Source: an uncultured cyanobacterium
GTDB taxonomy: Bacteria; Cyanobacteriota; Cyanobacteriia; Cyanobacteriales; Nostocaceae
NCBI GenBank assembly: GCA_963740315.1
Contig: CAVUDP010000002.1
Coordinates: forward strand, 768,001-832,000
Length of the DNA: 64,000 bases
Direction of reading: 5' to 3'
The notes beneath the pieces were generated by a model, which did not search any database, was not told where the DNA came from, and was given only the letters and a program-made list of their open reading frames with translations. Made by a program: the position numbers and the translations under genes. This document shows positions 61,816-64,000 of this stretch, piece by piece. Within the stretch, counting starts at the first letter, position 1, and each line of letters starts with the position of its first letter.

Positions 61816-62095
61816 CTATCTGTAATTTTGCATTAGTAATACGAGAATACACCCAGATTTTCAAAAATTTTCTATTCCCTCCACGAAGAAATAATCAATC
61901 AGAATCGAATGTATTTAATATATATACAGTTTATTTGACAGCAAATTACGAAATTGGTAATTGGTAATATAGGTTACTTATTGCTTGTCGGCGAACACTA
62001 CATAGCAATTTGAAGCAACAAGAAACCCGGTTTTTCCAAAAAACCGGGTTTATAAATCCTCAATTGGTAACTGCTAACTGGTAACTGCTAACTGC

Positions 62096-62521
62096 TCACT
62101 GATTCATTACATATCTGGATTTCTCCCACAAACCCAAACCTCGTTGTTTAGCATTCGCTTCTGCTACCAAAAATTGGGTTCTGGTTTCATAACAATTTTG
62201 TTCTACAGATAATTTATCTACAACAGCTTTACCTTCTTTCACCATTTGCAGATTTATTGATTGATTATTTGAAAATACTTCCCCAACAATTCGATCGTTT
62301 TCATAGGTATCTGCAAATCGAATCACCACGGGGCTATTTTTTGGTAAAAGCTGCTTCAATCTTGCATTAGCTTCGTTTCTGCGGGATTTTCGAGTCGGTA
62401 TGTGAATGCAGGCAAGTTTTACGGTAGCTGCTTCCCCTTGATTGTTTTTAGCGCGAATCGTTTCCCCATCTACCACACCCACTACCGTCGCCAGTATCAA
62501 CATCAGTTGAGTTAAATCCAT
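62096..62521 (-). CDS. Thermonuclease (SNase) family protein
   Basis: VVGVVDGETI, VKLACI, INLQMVKEGKAV, AEANAKQRGLGLW. Confidence 0.8.
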   Translation of the reverse strand: MDLTQLMLILATVVGVVDGETIRAKNNQGEAATVKLACIHIPTRKSRRNEANARLKQLLPKNSPVVIRFADTYENDRIVGEVFSNNQSINLQMVKEGKAVVDKLSVEQNCYETRTQFLVAEANAKQRGLGLWEKSRYVMNQ

Positions 62522-62792
62522 TGTTTTTATTTTAAAAAAGAATATAAGTATTTATATGTTACTTTAATAACTGCGTATTTGACTAGGATTTAACTAAGGT
62601 TTTGAAGAGTCGTAGTTTGTAGGTTGGGTTAGACACCAAAATTAATTTGATTGAAAATGATAACTTTTAATCGTGTCGTAACCCAACATCAATAATTGAA
62701 ACAACCACAAATAATGTTGGGTTTTAATATTGTGGGAAGAAGCATCTCCCCACCGTGAAGACGGATGAGGAATTCTGCTAAATTGTTAAAAA

Positions 62793-64000
62793 TTAAACGT
62801 ATTCAAATACATTCGTATCTGTTAAATCAAGTTCGCAATAATTCACAACTGCAATTAAATCGTGAGTAGATCAATCGAATATTGCCGTACCGTTTGGTAA
62901 ACCATGTGGAGAATGTCCCAATACATAATTGCGATCGTCGCCAAATAATTGAATTTTATCTCCTTCGTACAAATCAAAATCCTTAATTAAAGCATAATCT
63001 GCGTCACCATTACCTACATAAAAAGCTTTATTTGCATCGCCTAAAACAAATAAATCGGCACCATTACCACCTGTCAGCTTATCTACTTCTCCGACACCGC
63101 TAACGCTACCGAATAAAGTATCATCTCCATCACCACCGTACAGAGTGTCATTACCACCAACAACTCCGGAATCCATTAATTGAGCATCACCGTAAAGGAT
63201 GTCATTACCGCAACCACCTATTAGTTTATCGTTCCCCGCTTGCGAGGTATCAAACATTTGTTGAGCATCACCGTACAGTATGCTGTCACCGACTTTAGCT
63301 ATTAGCTTATCGTCTCCACCTTTAGCATTACCGGACATCTTTAGAGCATCACCAAACAGACTGTTGTTATCACCTTCAGCGATCAGCTTATCATCCGCAC
63401 CTTGACCATTATCCGCCATATCTCGACTAGCATCGCCAAATAAGCCGTTATTATTACCCTTAACTATGAGTATGTCTTTCCCTGCTTTGGCTTCGTTGAT
63501 AATATCGAAACTAGTATCACCCGATAACACATTACCGTTACCTTCGACTATGAGTTTATCGTCTCCTGCTTGGCTGAAATCTCTCATGACGCTAGCATCT
63601 CCGAAGATACCATTACCATCACCTATAACTCTGAGTTTATCGTTTCCACCTTTAGCATAATCAAGCATCAGAAGAGCATCACCAAATAAACCATTGCCAT
63701 TACCAATGACTTTGAATTTATCATCTCCTGCTTGGGTATTGCCATACATCTGTTCAGCATCACCCCCTACGCTATTACGATTACCTTTAACTTCTAACTT
63801 ATCGTTTCCACCTTTGGCATTATCGAGAAGTAAACCGGGAGTATCTCCTACTAGCAGAAAATTAAAATCTCCCGTTAGCGTTAACTTATCATCTCCTCCT
63901 TTAGCATTTCCTGAAATATTTTCATTAGCATCACCTGCTATCAGATTACCAGTTCCAGTTACTGTAAGCTTATCATCTCCCCCTTTAGCATTTCCCGACA
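62793..64000 (-). CDS. RTX-like Ca-binding repeat protein; 5' end outside the window; in-frame TGA at 62873-62871 ahead of the native C-terminus
   Basis: About 28-aa repeats (AKGGDDKL..G.N.LFGDA..M), GGDGDDTL nonapeptides, GADLFVLGD..DYALIKDF; frame is open to the window edge. Confidence 0.85.

Noticed and set aside
56559..62521. Two thermonuclease genes as a defence island
   Set aside because: They are not adjacent, differ in architecture and have no recognisable defence partner genes
2365..63660. Many short ORFs antisense to or nested in long genes (e.g. 4095-4379, 22722-23120, 27732-28139, 32357-32782, 41677-42012, 58127-58501)
   Set aside because: Shadow frames of well-supported CDSs with no independent motifs

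Overview
Chromosomal window from a filamentous, probably heterocyst-forming (Nostocales, Rivularia/Calothrix-like) cyanobacterium. The assignment rests on many HIP1 GCGATCGC sites, heptamer STRR arrays and cyanobacterial genes (crtH, nblS-purD, IsaR1). Housekeeping genes (upp, crtH, purT, cbiMNQO, ABC-F, thrC-like/moaD, nblS, purD, map) are mixed with accessory ones: a Type II R-M pair, an IS5-disrupted rpn gene, glycosidases, nucleases and an RTX-like protein. The main finding is a six-gene + strand cluster (21481-36639) that reads as an uncharacterised surface-fibre (pilus) system built from split DUF11 Ig domains. The 866-aa subunit has the missing terminal strands (with the isopeptide Asn motif) at its N-terminus and an incomplete Lys/Asp acceptor domain at its C-terminus. 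It is accompanied by an acceptor-only small protein lacking the catalytic Asp (chaperone-like), a donor-only adaptor, a large outer-membrane barrel, a beta-helix/OmpA protein and an acceptor-only adhesin. The assembly model is inference from motifs; no searches or structure predictions were run. Other points of note: the IsaR1 sRNA with three Fur-like boxes, an Rrf2-type operator on the thrC-like/sulfur-carrier pair, and several small repeats caught inserting into, truncating or amplifying near genes.
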